Assembly: GCA_965222605.1 (NCBI GenBank)
Contig: OZ244960.1
Coordinates: 224,001 to 288,000 of the forward strand
DNA length: 64,000 bases
Origin: Candidatus Latescibacterota bacterium
GTDB lineage: Bacteria; Latescibacterota; UBA2968
Direction: 5' to 3'
The notes beneath the pieces are model-generated. The model worked only from the letters and a program-made list of their open reading frames with translations. It was not told the origin of the DNA and searched no databases. A program made the translations under genes and the position numbers. Position 1 is the stretch's first letter. Each line of letters begins with the position of its first letter. Below are positions 40,369 to 49,911 of this stretch, in pieces.

Positions 40369-42741
40369 ATGAGGAAGCGATTCATAATTCGCCTGGGGCT
40401 GGTCGTGTTGATCAGCTTTTTTGGTCCTGGCTCGCCCAAAGGGGAAACAACAATAGACGCGCTGTTTCAGGCGGCAGAGCAGCAAGTCGGCAAGGTGAGT
40501 CGGAAGGAAAGCATCAAGGCGTTCGAGGAGATTGTTTCTAAAGATAGAGATTATGCCCCTGCATACAACGAATTGGCCAAACTGCATCTATTGGACCACA
40601 GCGTAAATGGCCGACAGCGCGCAATGCGGATGATACAGCAGGCAATCGCAATTGATCCCGACAATATTGAGTATCGGCTGACACGCGGAAAGATTTTGTG
40701 GCATCAAGGCTTTCGGTCACGGGCATTCCACCAATTCAAAGACGCGATCGAAAAGCATCCGGAAAATACAGATATCCTCAATGGGCTGGGTATGTTCTGG
40801 GTGTATGAGTTTCTAAGAATAAAAGATAATTCCCAAACCCGGGATTTTAGGGGATTTGCCCGGGAAGCGAAACAAGAAGCAATTCAGGTCTTGCGAAAAA
40901 GTATCCAATTAGATGGGACCAATCAGCAACCCTATTATTTGCTGGGCATATTTTACTTTGAAGATAAATACTGGGATGCTTTTCATGCCTTGATGCAAGC
41001 CCTGCACGCGCAATATCCAGATGACAAAAATGCGCTGTTATTCTGTGGCCTTGCCGCCTATCAGATTGGCGAATTCAATGACTCGCATGACTATTATCAA
41101 CGCGCTCTTGACTTGATGAGTGTAGAAGAGCGCGAGTTACTGGACTCTATCGACCTGCTTATGCCAGAAAAAGATCATGCATCCCACGATACAACGCAGA
41201 CAATTGATGAATTATTAGAGCGCGAGATGTTTTGGAAGAGCCAGGACCCGCTCTATTTGTCTGATTTTAACGAAAGGAAAATGGAACACTTTGGTCGTAT
41301 GGCATACTCGAATTTGCGGTTCAGGCGATTTTCTGATAATGTCGAGGGTTGGCAGACAGATATGGGAAAGGCTTATATCAAATTCGGAAGATATAGAAGT
41401 AGAAAAACCTTTTATCTTTCAAAAGGTGGATCAGAGTTTCGTGCGTTTTACGAGATGCGGGAGACATGGTTTTACGAAACATTTAAGATCGAATATTGTG
41501 GGAATGGCGGTGATCGGTGGGGGTTCTGTGGTGGTTACGGGGTTGGCGGTGTCAGTTTTATTCCCCCAAATAATAGTCTCTTTGACTACTGGCGCGAAGC
41601 ACCTGATAATGCTTTTAGACGGCGAACATTTTCTTTTCCCAGTACACTTCAAGAAGCCTCGCATCATATATTCAGAAAAACAGCACAGCGTTTTATTGAT
41701 CCCTATCTCAATAGAAAATACACCCTCCCCCATCAAATCGCCGTCTTTGAAGAACGAGACAGCGTACGCGTCGAACTCAGTTATATGATTCCGAAAGACC
41801 GATTAGAAGCAGATACCGAGACTGGCGAAGTGAGTTTTTGGGATGGCGTATTCTTATTTGATGAGCATTGGGATGATGTATATAACTATCGCAAATCTAT
41901 GAGCTTCGCGCTTCCGCCTCCCCTGCCAGCCCAAAACGCCGCTGCACGGCATCGCAACGATCACTTGCTGGTCTCACGCATGTTATCCGTCCCTCAAGGC
42001 AGCTATCATTTTTCAATAGAATTGTTGGATCAAACATCCGGCGCGATTGGCATAGCACGCAATGAGGAGCAGTATGTCTATCACAATGAGATCTTTCATC
42101 TGAGTGATCTATTGGTCGGTAGCGATATTCAAGCGCGCAATGCGTTGCCAGAGAGCCGTAACGACCTGATCATCACGCCCAATCCTGTCCGCACATTTTC
42201 ACGGTCTGAACCGGTCTTTATCTATCTGGAACTGTACGACCTCAAACGCGACGATTTTGGCAGCACACAGTATGAGATCTCCTACACCATCGGCAAGCCA
42301 GAGGTAGATACCCTATCGCCCACATTGTTCGTGTCTCAAAACCTGATTGAAATGATGGGTAAAACAGAAATTGACCTGCGTAGTGGACAAGGATATTACA
42401 TCGCTTCCGAGGGTTTGCAGACAGGGCGACCACAGGAGAGTGATGAGATCGGTAGCATATTTGCCGACAGCGATATATGGGGAGATACAAAGGTTTATAC
42501 GAGCGGTGGGCAGGTTCATCATATCGCAGCAGAAGGCTTGAAGATCAAGCGATCAAAAGATGGCGATTTGGCGCGCACCGTGACAGCCAATTACGAAGGC
42601 AATCGAGAAAATGATTTCACGTATTTGCAGATTGACGTGAACCAGGTGCCATCGGGGATCTATCAATTAACGGTATTGGCAAAGGACAAGCGGACAGAGC
42701 AGACGGATAGGAAATATGTCTATTTTCGCATTATTGAGTAA
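40369..42741 (+). CDS. GWxTD domain protein, copy 5 (most divergent)
   Basis: Same architecture; GWQTDMGKAYIKFG. Confidence 0.85.
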   Translation: MRKRFIIRLGLVVLISFFGPGSPKGETTIDALFQAAEQQVGKVSRKESIKAFEEIVSKDRDYAPAYNELAKLHLLDHSVNGRQRAMRMIQQAIAIDPDNIEYRLTRGKILWHQGFRSRAFHQFKDAIEKHPENTDILNGLGMFWVYEFLRIKDNSQTRDFRGFAREAKQEAIQVLRKSIQLDGTNQQPYYLLGIFYFEDKYWDAFHALMQALHAQYPDDKNALLFCGLAAYQIGEFNDSHDYYQRALDLMSVEERELLDSIDLLMPEKDHASHDTTQTIDELLEREMFWKSQDPLYLSDFNERKMEHFGRMAYSNLRFRRFSDNVEGWQTDMGKAYIKFGRYRSRKTFYLSKGGSEFRAFYEMRETWFYETFKIEYCGNGGDRWGFCGGYGVGGVSFIPPNNSLFDYWREAPDNAFRRRTFSFPSTLQEASHHIFRKTAQRFIDPYLNRKYTLPHQIAVFEERDSVRVELSYMIPKDRLEADTETGEVSFWDGVFLFDEHWDDVYNYRKSMSFALPPPLPAQNAAARHRNDHLLVSRMLSVPQGSYHFSIELLDQTSGAIGIARNEEQYVYHNEIFHLSDLLVGSDIQARNALPESRNDLIITPNPVRTFSRSEPVFIYLELYDLKRDDFGSTQYEISYTIGKPEVDTLSPTLFVSQNLIEMMGKTEIDLRSGQGYYIASEGLQTGRPQESDEIGSIFADSDIWGDTKVYTSGGQVHHIAAEGLKIKRSKDGDLARTVTANYEGNRENDFTYLQIDVNQVPSGIYQLTVLAKDKRTEQTDRKYVYFRIIE

Positions 42742-42785
42742 AGAACAGATACCAACTCGCAGATTGTGCCCGATATTCCTCCTAT

Positions 42786-42815
42786 TCAATCAATATCAAT
42801 CAGAAATTCACTCAT
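42786..42815 (-). pseudogene. Probable 9-codon remnant of a PIN/VapC toxin
   Basis: ATGA overlap with the antitoxin stop; MSEFLIDID* resembles a PIN first strand. Confidence 0.4.
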
Positions 42816-43036
42816 TTCTCATACCTATGCTGATCGCGAAGGTTACGAACATAAGAGATACCATCAGAAATGTCTTCTCGATCTTTCCAGAGACCAAAAA
42901 ATGAAAATGACTTCATCGCTTCCACTTTGTCCGCTTCTTGAATATGAACCTCTCCTGTGACCCCTTCATCAATTCCCCGCAGTGTTTCAAGCGGTATGAA
43001 GACACCATTCTCATATTTTACAGGAATTGATCGCAT
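42812..43036 (-). CDS. AF2212/DUF104-like antitoxin
   Basis: YENGVFIPLE motif; FGLWKDREDI; GAGGAG RBS. Confidence 0.7.
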   Translation of the reverse strand: MRSIPVKYENGVFIPLETLRGIDEGVTGEVHIQEADKVEAMKSFSFFGLWKDREDISDGISYVRNLRDQHRYEK

Positions 43037-43146
43037 AATAAATACTCCTCTTTAAGTAAAAACAAACCCTCACTGCTATCCAATTTATGCTACCCGTGTG
43101 AGAAATTTACTCAGCTTTGGGACATAGGTCAAGGAATCCCCCTCCT

Positions 43147-44313
43147 TCACCCCACCCGCTCTGCGCCATTGACTGCTGAACAAACGTAAATCTCAGGGGT
43201 CAAACCAGTTATCCTGGGATACTGCTCATTTACCGCATCTGTCAGGGCTGGCACAGCGTCCCATTCAACGATATTCACAGTACATCCTCCAAAACCCGCA
43301 CCGGTCATCCGCGCACCGAGCACCCCCGGTACATTTAGAGCGATATCTACCAGCAGATCGAGTTCTTTTCCACTCACATTGTAATCATCTCGCAAACTCT
43401 CGTGGGATGCGACCATCAACGCGCCAAACCTCGACAGATCGCCCTTTCTCAGTAATGCAACCGCCCACTGCGTGCGTTCATTTTCCGTTATAACATGGCG
43501 GCACCGCTTCAGCACGGTTTCCGATAGCGCGCCACCGTAAACATCCAGCATCTCCATCGACACATCGCGCAGTGCCCGTATATCTGCTCCCATCGCCCGT
43601 GCGAGAAGCGAAACCCCACTTTCACAGGCAGACCGCCGATCATTATATGCCGAATCCGTCAGCCCGCGCGTCACGCCCGAGTTACAAATCACAATCTGCA
43701 CACCATCGCCAAAAAGTGGCACAAGCTCAAACGAAAGATCGCGGCAATCGAGAAACAGCGCGTGACCTGCCCTGCCATTTGCCGAGATAAACTGATCCAT
43801 GATCCCGCAATTAACACCCACAAAATGATTCTCTGCGCGCTGTCCCAAAAGCGCCAGATCAGGGCCACTTATCTCAATACAATTTAACGCAACCATCCCC
43901 TTTCCCACAGCCATCTCAACAGCAGCCGAACTGCTCAATCCCGCCCCCATAGGCACATTGCCCACAATCGCAGCATCAAAACCACACAGCGAATGCCCGA
44001 GTTTTTGAAACTCGCGCACCACCCCCTTTGGATAATCTGTCCAATTGCCCTGCGCCTTCAATACATCATCAACCTGGAACTCAGCCACCTCTTCGTGCAT
44101 CGCCGAGTAAATCCGCACCCGCGAATCGACCCTCGACCGCGCAGCGACAACCGCCCAGCGGTCAATCGCCGCGGGAAACACAAAGCCCTCATTGTAATCC
44201 GTGTGTTCTCCAATCAAATTGACGCGCCCCGGTGCCTGTACCGTGATATCCGCCTGTCCCTCAAAAACCAACTCAAAAGCGTCTCGCGCCTGTGCAATAA
44301 TAGAATATAACAT
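43147..44313 (-). CDS. galK: Galactokinase
   Basis: APGRVNLIGEHTDYN, PMGAGLSSSA, CGIMDQ, GARMTGAGFGG. Confidence 0.97.
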   Translation of the reverse strand: MLYSIIAQARDAFELVFEGQADITVQAPGRVNLIGEHTDYNEGFVFPAAIDRWAVVAARSRVDSRVRIYSAMHEEVAEFQVDDVLKAQGNWTDYPKGVVREFQKLGHSLCGFDAAIVGNVPMGAGLSSSAAVEMAVGKGMVALNCIEISGPDLALLGQRAENHFVGVNCGIMDQFISANGRAGHALFLDCRDLSFELVPLFGDGVQIVICNSGVTRGLTDSAYNDRRSACESGVSLLARAMGADIRALRDVSMEMLDVYGGALSETVLKRCRHVITENERTQWAVALLRKGDLSRFGALMVASHESLRDDYNVSGKELDLLVDIALNVPGVLGARMTGAGFGGCTVNIVEWDAVPALTDAVNEQYPRITGLTPEIYVCSAVNGAERVG

Positions 44314-44319
44314 TGGAAA

Positions 44320-46488
44320 CTACTCCTGCCGATCAACCCGTACAACTTTTCGCATTGCCCATCGGATCTCCTCCGCCGTCATATTCGGATCTGAGGGATT
44401 GATGAGATTGCCAAAAATATCTGCCCCCACCACATGTTTTCGCAAACCAGGCCCTCGCAAAAGCGATGTAATGTGGATTTGCATGTGATAACCGCGATCC
44501 ACGCCATCTGTTGGTGTTTGCATCAATGCCAGAGTGTAGTGATACGGCGCGGCAAACAACCCGTCTAAGCCGCAGAGAACATCGCGCAATCCCGCAGCCA
44601 GATCGCACCGTTCTTCCCTTTCCAAATCCAGCAAACTCGCAGCGTGTGCCTTCGGCACAATAATCACATCGTAGGGAAATTGCGCGGCAAACGGAACATA
44701 AACCAGTAAATGAGAACGATCAACGATCACCCGCCGTCCATCCCCGGTTTCCACGCGATTGGCATCGCACACAAAACAGCGCCCTGTTTTCTCGCGATGG
44801 GACTCAAACGCAGCCAATTGCGGTTTCACCATCAAATCGGGAATCTCGCAATACGCATACACCTGCCCGTGTGGATGCGGTTGTGAATTGCCCATCACCG
44901 TGCCCCGGTTCTCAAAAATTAGCGGATACACAATCTCAGGCACCTCCCCCAAGCGCCCGTAAATCTCCGCCCATGCGTCAACCACCTGCACGAACGCGTC
45001 CAAAGACAGCGTCGACAAACGCTGTGCGTGATTCGGCGCATAGACCACAACCTCGCACACACCCCGAGATGTGCGCGAAAGATATGGTCCCAATTGTGCC
45101 TGCGTTTGATAGGCGTCCAATACCAGCGTGGGAAAATCATTCTCAAATGCCCACACATCCTTATAATTGGGATTCACATCGCCCGTCGCGCGCGTATTCC
45201 CGGGACAGAGATAGCATTCGGGATCATAAGCTACATCATCTGAACCCTCCATAAGTTGCGTTTCTCCGCGCCAGGGCCTGTCTGCGCGATGGGCGGCGAT
45301 ATTGACCCACCGATTCCAAAAGGGATTGAATCGCTCCTCCTGCACAACCCGATATCCGTGCGGATGAAGCCGATGCCAGTGCCAGGCGGATTCCAGCGTC
45401 TCGTGTAGCGTTTCCCTCGCAGCCCATCCCATATCGCGCTGAATGCGACTCGCATCGGCGATAAGCGTTGCGGGATCGCCACTTCGCCGCGGCCCAATCG
45501 TTTCGGGAATCGCATGACCGGTCACTGCACGCGCGGCTTCCAAAATCTCCCGTACACTCACGCCCTGTCCCCTGCCGAGATTGTACGTCGCAGACCGCCC
45601 CCCTGCCAACAACATATCCAAACTCTTAATATGTGCATCGACCAATTCCACCACAGAAATATAATCTCGCACAGCCGTGCCATCGTGGGTTGCATAATCA
45701 TCGCCAAATACGGTCATCTTCTCGCGCTGCCCCAAAGCCACTTGCAAAACAATGGGGATCAAATGCGTCTCGGGTTTGTGATCTTCACCGATCAACCGCG
45801 AGGAATCGGCACCTGCGGCATTAAAATAGCGGAGAACAACATATCGCCCACCGGTCTCTTGCTCGGCATATCGCAACATGCATTCATCCATCATTTTCGT
45901 AATGCCATAAACATTCGTGGGAATTTTTAGCAGGGCAATATCTTCTTCGCATAATTTGAAAACGATGTGTTTTTCATACCACCCCAAAAGCATCTCAAAA
46001 TTTACCGCAGCGGGCATCAATTGGCTGTTCTCAAAGCCGCCATCTGCGATCCATTCCCGCTGATAATTTTCCTTTAGCGGAATATGTTCTGCGCGAGGTT
46101 CGCCATACGTCGCCGCCGTAGATGATTTCACAATGGGCAATCCCTTGCCCATATCCAATAAATTCTGAAAAGCAATCACATTATTCTCAAAATACCTGTA
46201 TGGCTCATCTTGGGACTCTCCCACCAGCGTCCGGGCGGCAAAATCGATAATACCGCAAAAATCGTGCCCCTCAAAAACAGAGGCCAGAGCACTGCGATCG
46301 AGCAAATTGACATGCTCGAAACAGAATTGCTCTGGCCCATACACCCGTTCAAACAAGGTGACAACTTCCCGGTGTCCCGTTGACAGGTCATCCAGTACCA
46401 CAACCCGGCGATGGTCTTCCAACAGACGCCGAACCGTGTGACTGCCAACATAGCCCACCCCACCCGTCACCAAAACAGCGTCCATCAT
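44320..46488 (-). CDS. galE-galT: Fused UDP-glucose 4-epimerase (GalE) and galactose-1-phosphate uridylyltransferase (GalT)
   Basis: GGVGYVGS, SSTAATYG, YGITK, LRYFNAAG; then RADRPW, CYLCPGN, FENDFP, GNSQPHPHGQ. Confidence 0.92.
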   Translation of the reverse strand: MMDAVLVTGGVGYVGSHTVRRLLEDHRRVVVLDDLSTGHREVVTLFERVYGPEQFCFEHVNLLDRSALASVFEGHDFCGIIDFAARTLVGESQDEPYRYFENNVIAFQNLLDMGKGLPIVKSSTAATYGEPRAEHIPLKENYQREWIADGGFENSQLMPAAVNFEMLLGWYEKHIVFKLCEEDIALLKIPTNVYGITKMMDECMLRYAEQETGGRYVVLRYFNAAGADSSRLIGEDHKPETHLIPIVLQVALGQREKMTVFGDDYATHDGTAVRDYISVVELVDAHIKSLDMLLAGGRSATYNLGRGQGVSVREILEAARAVTGHAIPETIGPRRSGDPATLIADASRIQRDMGWAARETLHETLESAWHWHRLHPHGYRVVQEERFNPFWNRWVNIAAHRADRPWRGETQLMEGSDDVAYDPECYLCPGNTRATGDVNPNYKDVWAFENDFPTLVLDAYQTQAQLGPYLSRTSRGVCEVVVYAPNHAQRLSTLSLDAFVQVVDAWAEIYGRLGEVPEIVYPLIFENRGTVMGNSQPHPHGQVYAYCEIPDLMVKPQLAAFESHREKTGRCFVCDANRVETGDGRRVIVDRSHLLVYVPFAAQFPYDVIIVPKAHAASLLDLEREERCDLAAGLRDVLCGLDGLFAAPYHYTLALMQTPTDGVDRGYHMQIHITSLLRGPGLRKHVVGADIFGNLINPSDPNMTAEEIRWAMRKVVRVDRQE

Positions 46489-46609
46489 ACCTGCTCCTCT
46501 ACAAAACTGAAAGAAAAATTATCCCTTTGCACAATTAAATATACACATTGTACAAGCAGAGACTGAACTATTTTTAGAACGCGATTATGCCCTTGCATTT
46601 GTTTTCAGC

Positions 46610-46638
46610 TTGACATCTCGCCATAAAGGTCTTATTTT
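46610..46638 (+). promoter_or_regulatory. greA sigma70 promoter
   Basis: TTGACA-N17-TATTTT. Confidence 0.65.
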
Positions 46639-46687
46639 TTGTATATATAGACAACACACAGCTCTTTATCTGTTATGTCGTGTGTAA

Positions 46688-46738
46688 AAAAGTCTATCTC
46701 GAAACCCAATATCGGCTTCCGAGATAGACTTTTCATTT
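46688..46738 (+). promoter_or_regulatory. Leader hairpin upstream of greA (possible attenuator)
   Basis: AAAAGTCTATCTCG/CGAGATAGACTTTT perfect 14-bp stem. Confidence 0.5.
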
Positions 46739-46752
46739 CATGGGATATTATT

Positions 46753-47226
46753 ATGAACCGCGTTTACCTAACCAAAAGCGGGTATGAGAAAATTCGAACC
46801 GAATTGATCCGTCTGCAAACCAAAGAGCGACCAAATGTCATTGCGGCGATCAAAAAGGCGCGCGAGTTCGGCGACCTGAGCGAAAACGCCGAATATCATG
46901 CGTCCAAAGAGCGACAGGCATTTCTCGAAAAGAAAATTGCCGAATTGCAGGAAAAATTCACGAACTCGGAAATTATCGACGAAAGCCAAATCCCCAAAGA
47001 CAAAGCCTATTTGGGTGCGACGGTTAAATTACAAGATAAAAAAAATGGCAGAGAAATGCAGTACACGCTGGTCACTGTAGATGAAGCCGATTTTGACCAG
47101 AAAAAAATATCGACAGCATCTCCCATTGGCAAAGCTCTGTTGGGCAAAGGCGTTGGCGAGGTCGTCGATGTACAAGTGCCCGTCGGCATATTCACTTATG
47201 AGATTCTCGATATATCAAGAGACTGA
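46753..47226 (+). CDS. greA: Transcription elongation factor GreA
   Basis: GDLSENAEY, ISTASPIGKALLG. Confidence 0.97.
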   Translation: MNRVYLTKSGYEKIRTELIRLQTKERPNVIAAIKKAREFGDLSENAEYHASKERQAFLEKKIAELQEKFTNSEIIDESQIPKDKAYLGATVKLQDKKNGREMQYTLVTVDEADFDQKKISTASPIGKALLGKGVGEVVDVQVPVGIFTYEILDISRD

Positions 47227-47245
47227 GTTTTTTATATAAACCAAA

Positions 47246-47276
47246 AGGCGACAATTGATATTGTCGCCTCTTTTTT
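47246..47276 (+). terminator. greA terminator
   Basis: AGGCGACAAT-TGAT-ATTGTCGCCT + T-run. Confidence 0.8.
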
Positions 47277-47286
47277 CGTGAAACCT

Positions 47287-47322
47287 AAAAAAGGGCAAAT
47301 CGACAGATGTCGATTTGCCCTT
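47287..47322 (-). terminator. Terminator of the ribosomal protein operon
   Basis: AAGGGCAAATCGACA/TGTCGATTTGCCCTT stem with minus-strand T-run. Confidence 0.8.
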
Positions 47323-47339
47323 AAAAAATACAGAAAAAG

Positions 47340-47786
47340 TCAAGCGTCTTTTTTGTTTTCTTCTACCACCTCGTCTTCTTCAGCAGAAGTGTCAGACTCA
47401 GTTTCCACATCATCGGTTTCGGATATTGCGCCATCGACCACCAGCTCAATCAAACACAATTCGCTGCTGTCACCTCGTCTGGGACTGAGCTTGAAAATGC
47501 GCGTATATCCGCCACTTCGGTCGGCAAATGAAGGTCCAATTTCTTCAAATAACTTCGTAAGTACCACCTTATTCTGAATGCGCCGCAAAACCTGGCGTCG
47601 CGCATGCAAGTCGCCACGCTTGGCAAAAGAGATCAATCGTTCGGCGACGCCGCGCAATTCTTTTGCCTTTGGCAGTGTAGTACGCACCTTGCCATTGGCA
47701 AACAAAGATGTGGCCATATTGTTGAGCATAGCTTTTTTGTGGCTCGCCGTGCGACCCAGCTTTCTGCCCCTTTTCCCGTGCCTCAT
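47340..47786 (-). CDS. rplQ: 50S ribosomal protein L17
   Basis: MRHGKRGRKLGR, TTLPKAK, GGYTRI. Confidence 0.98.
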   Translation of the reverse strand: MRHGKRGRKLGRTASHKKAMLNNMATSLFANGKVRTTLPKAKELRGVAERLISFAKRGDLHARRQVLRRIQNKVVLTKLFEEIGPSFADRSGGYTRIFKLSPRRGDSSELCLIELVVDGAISETDDVETESDTSAEEDEVVEENKKDA

Positions 47787-47797
47787 TGGTTTCCTCG

Positions 47798-48814
47798 TTA
47801 AAAATCGTCGTCCAAAATCGAGACGTGCTCAAATTTGGAAGCGACTTCTTGATATTTGCTCACATCAATGCCAAATGCGATGCCCAAATTTTCGAGAATA
47901 GCTGTCAATTCATTGAGTGATTTGCGACCAAAATTTCGGAATTTGAGCATTTCATTTTCCGTTTTTTGGACGAGATCTTCAAGTGTTATAATATTGGCTG
48001 CTTTTAGGCAATTGGCCGACCGCACCGACAGTTCCAACTCATCTACAGGCATCTTGAGCAGTCCTGCAATGCGGCGCGTTTCTTCATCGACAACTTCCTC
48101 TAATTCTTCTTCTGGCTCTTCTTCAAAGTTGATAAACAATTCGAGATGATCTTTCAATGTTCTCGCAGCATGAGCCACCGCATCTTCGGGGCGCACAACG
48201 CTGTTTGTCCAAACAGCTAATGAAAGTTTATCATAGTCGGTCTGCTGTCCCACTCGCGCATTATCGACTTCATAATGCACTTTGCGGATTGGCGAAAAAG
48301 CAGCATCCATCACAATAGTCCCCATGGGCTGCTCTACCTGCTTGTTTGCTTCTGCCAGCACATAACCCCGGCCTTTTCCAACGGTGATTTCCATGTCGAT
48401 CACACCGTCTTTGTCGAGTGTTGCAATATGCAAATCGGGATTCATCACTTCGACATCAGCATCGACTTGCAAATCGCCGGCCTTGAGTTCACCCGGCCCT
48501 TCTTTTTTTACATATAGCAGTTTGTCTGCATCTGTATGCACGCGCAGACAAATTTCCTTGAGATTTAGAACGATTTCCGTCACATCTTCCTCGACGCCCT
48601 CAACCACGGTAAACTCGTGCTGAATTCCTTCAATTTTCACGGCCTTAATAGCCGCCCCCTCAATGGAGGAAAGCAAGACACGGCGCAAAGCATTTCCAAT
48701 CGTAGCACCAAACCCACGCTCGAGAGGCTGAACACTAAACAGGCCGTAATTGTCACTCAGGCTTTTTTCATCGATCTGTACAAATCGAGGCATTTGAAAA
48801 TTTTTTGCGTCCAT
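47798..48814 (-). CDS. rpoA: RNA polymerase subunit alpha
   Basis: PLERGFG.TIGNALRRVLLSS; LELSVRSANCL. Confidence 0.98.
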   Translation of the reverse strand: MDAKNFQMPRFVQIDEKSLSDNYGLFSVQPLERGFGATIGNALRRVLLSSIEGAAIKAVKIEGIQHEFTVVEGVEEDVTEIVLNLKEICLRVHTDADKLLYVKKEGPGELKAGDLQVDADVEVMNPDLHIATLDKDGVIDMEITVGKGRGYVLAEANKQVEQPMGTIVMDAAFSPIRKVHYEVDNARVGQQTDYDKLSLAVWTNSVVRPEDAVAHAARTLKDHLELFINFEEEPEEELEEVVDEETRRIAGLLKMPVDELELSVRSANCLKAANIITLEDLVQKTENEMLKFRNFGRKSLNELTAILENLGIAFGIDVSKYQEVASKFEHVSILDDDF

Positions 48815-48840
48815 AAACAAAAGCTCCTGATGCGCGTCTA

Positions 48841-49470
48841 TTACTTAGAGTAAAGCTCAACAATGAGTTGCTCTTCAACAGGCGTCGGTATATCATCTCG
48901 CTTGGGATATTCTACAAGCGTACCACTCAAGTTCACTTTATCTACCGAAAACCAGGACGATTGACCTGCATCACCTGTGCGCTTGAGTGCATCGTGAATA
49001 AGTTGCAATTGGCGACTTTTTTCTCGCACCTGCACAGTATCTCCCGGCGAAACCTGGAATGAAGGAATATCCACGGTTCGCCCATTGACAGCAATGTGGC
49101 GATGCCTCACGAGTTGCCGCGCTGATTTTCGAGATGGCGCAAAACCCAAACGATATATCATGTTGTCCAGACGACATTCGAGCATCTGCAAAAGCAATTC
49201 ACCCGTCACGCCCTTTCTGCGAGCGGCTTTTGAATAATACGTGCGAAACTGATTTTCCAGCACGCCGTAGATACGCTTTGTTTTTTGTTTTTCGCGGAGC
49301 TGAAGTGCGTATTCCGATGGCTTTCGACGCATGTTTTGTCCATGCATGCCGGGCGCATAACTGCGTCGGTCAAATGAACATTTGTCCATTTGACACCGCG
49401 CACCTTTGAGAAACAATTTCATGCCTTCTCGGCGACACAATTTACAATTTGGGCCAGTGTATCTCGCCAT
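48841..49470 (-). CDS. rpsD: 30S ribosomal protein S4
   Basis: MARYTGP.CK.CRREG; LIVELYSK. Confidence 0.98.
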   Translation of the reverse strand: MARYTGPNCKLCRREGMKLFLKGARCQMDKCSFDRRSYAPGMHGQNMRRKPSEYALQLREKQKTKRIYGVLENQFRTYYSKAARRKGVTGELLLQMLECRLDNMIYRLGFAPSRKSARQLVRHRHIAVNGRTVDIPSFQVSPGDTVQVREKSRQLQLIHDALKRTGDAGQSSWFSVDKVNLSGTLVEYPKRDDIPTPVEEQLIVELYSK

Positions 49471-49493
49471 TCAATATCTCCCTGTTTTCTGTG

Positions 49494-49877
49494 TTAAACG
49501 CGACGGCGCTTAGGAGGGCGGCAACCATTGTGCGGAATTGGGGTAACATCTTTGATCGCTGAAATTTCCAATCCAGCCGCCTGCAGCGATCGCACAGCGG
49601 CTTCTCGTCCCACGCCAGGTCCTTTGACCCAGACTTCCACCCGGCGCAAACCCATTGCCATCGCTTCTCTCGCCGCATCCGTAGCGGCCAACTGAGCAGC
49701 ATAGGGCGTGCTTTTTCTCGATCCTTGAAACCCGACTTTCCCCGTTGATGACCAGGAAATAACTCTGCCTTCACGGTCACTCAGGGTGACAATAGTATTG
49801 TTAAAACTGGCATTGACATGTGCGACGCCATGGGCATCGACGCGTCTATTCCGTCGTCTCCCTCTTCTCTCTGCCAA
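49494..49877 (-). CDS. rpsK: 30S ribosomal protein S11
   Basis: [19 protein letters not shown]. Confidence 0.98.
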   Translation of the reverse strand: MAERRGRRRNRRVDAHGVAHVNASFNNTIVTLSDREGRVISWSSTGKVGFQGSRKSTPYAAQLAATDAAREAMAMGLRRVEVWVKGPGVGREAAVRSLQAAGLEISAIKDVTPIPHNGCRPPKRRRV

Positions 49878-49911
49878 ACGACTCCTCCTTTGATTGTCGT
49901 GCCGCGTTTAG

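Noticed and set aside
20036-42522. Recurrent antisense ORFs inside GWxTD and M56 genes
   Set aside because: Shadow frames repeated because the sense genes are paralogous; no RBS or motif support
20003-42741. Diversity-generating retroelement as the source of variation
   Set aside because: No reverse transcriptase or template repeat in the window; differences include indels and are not adenine-specific
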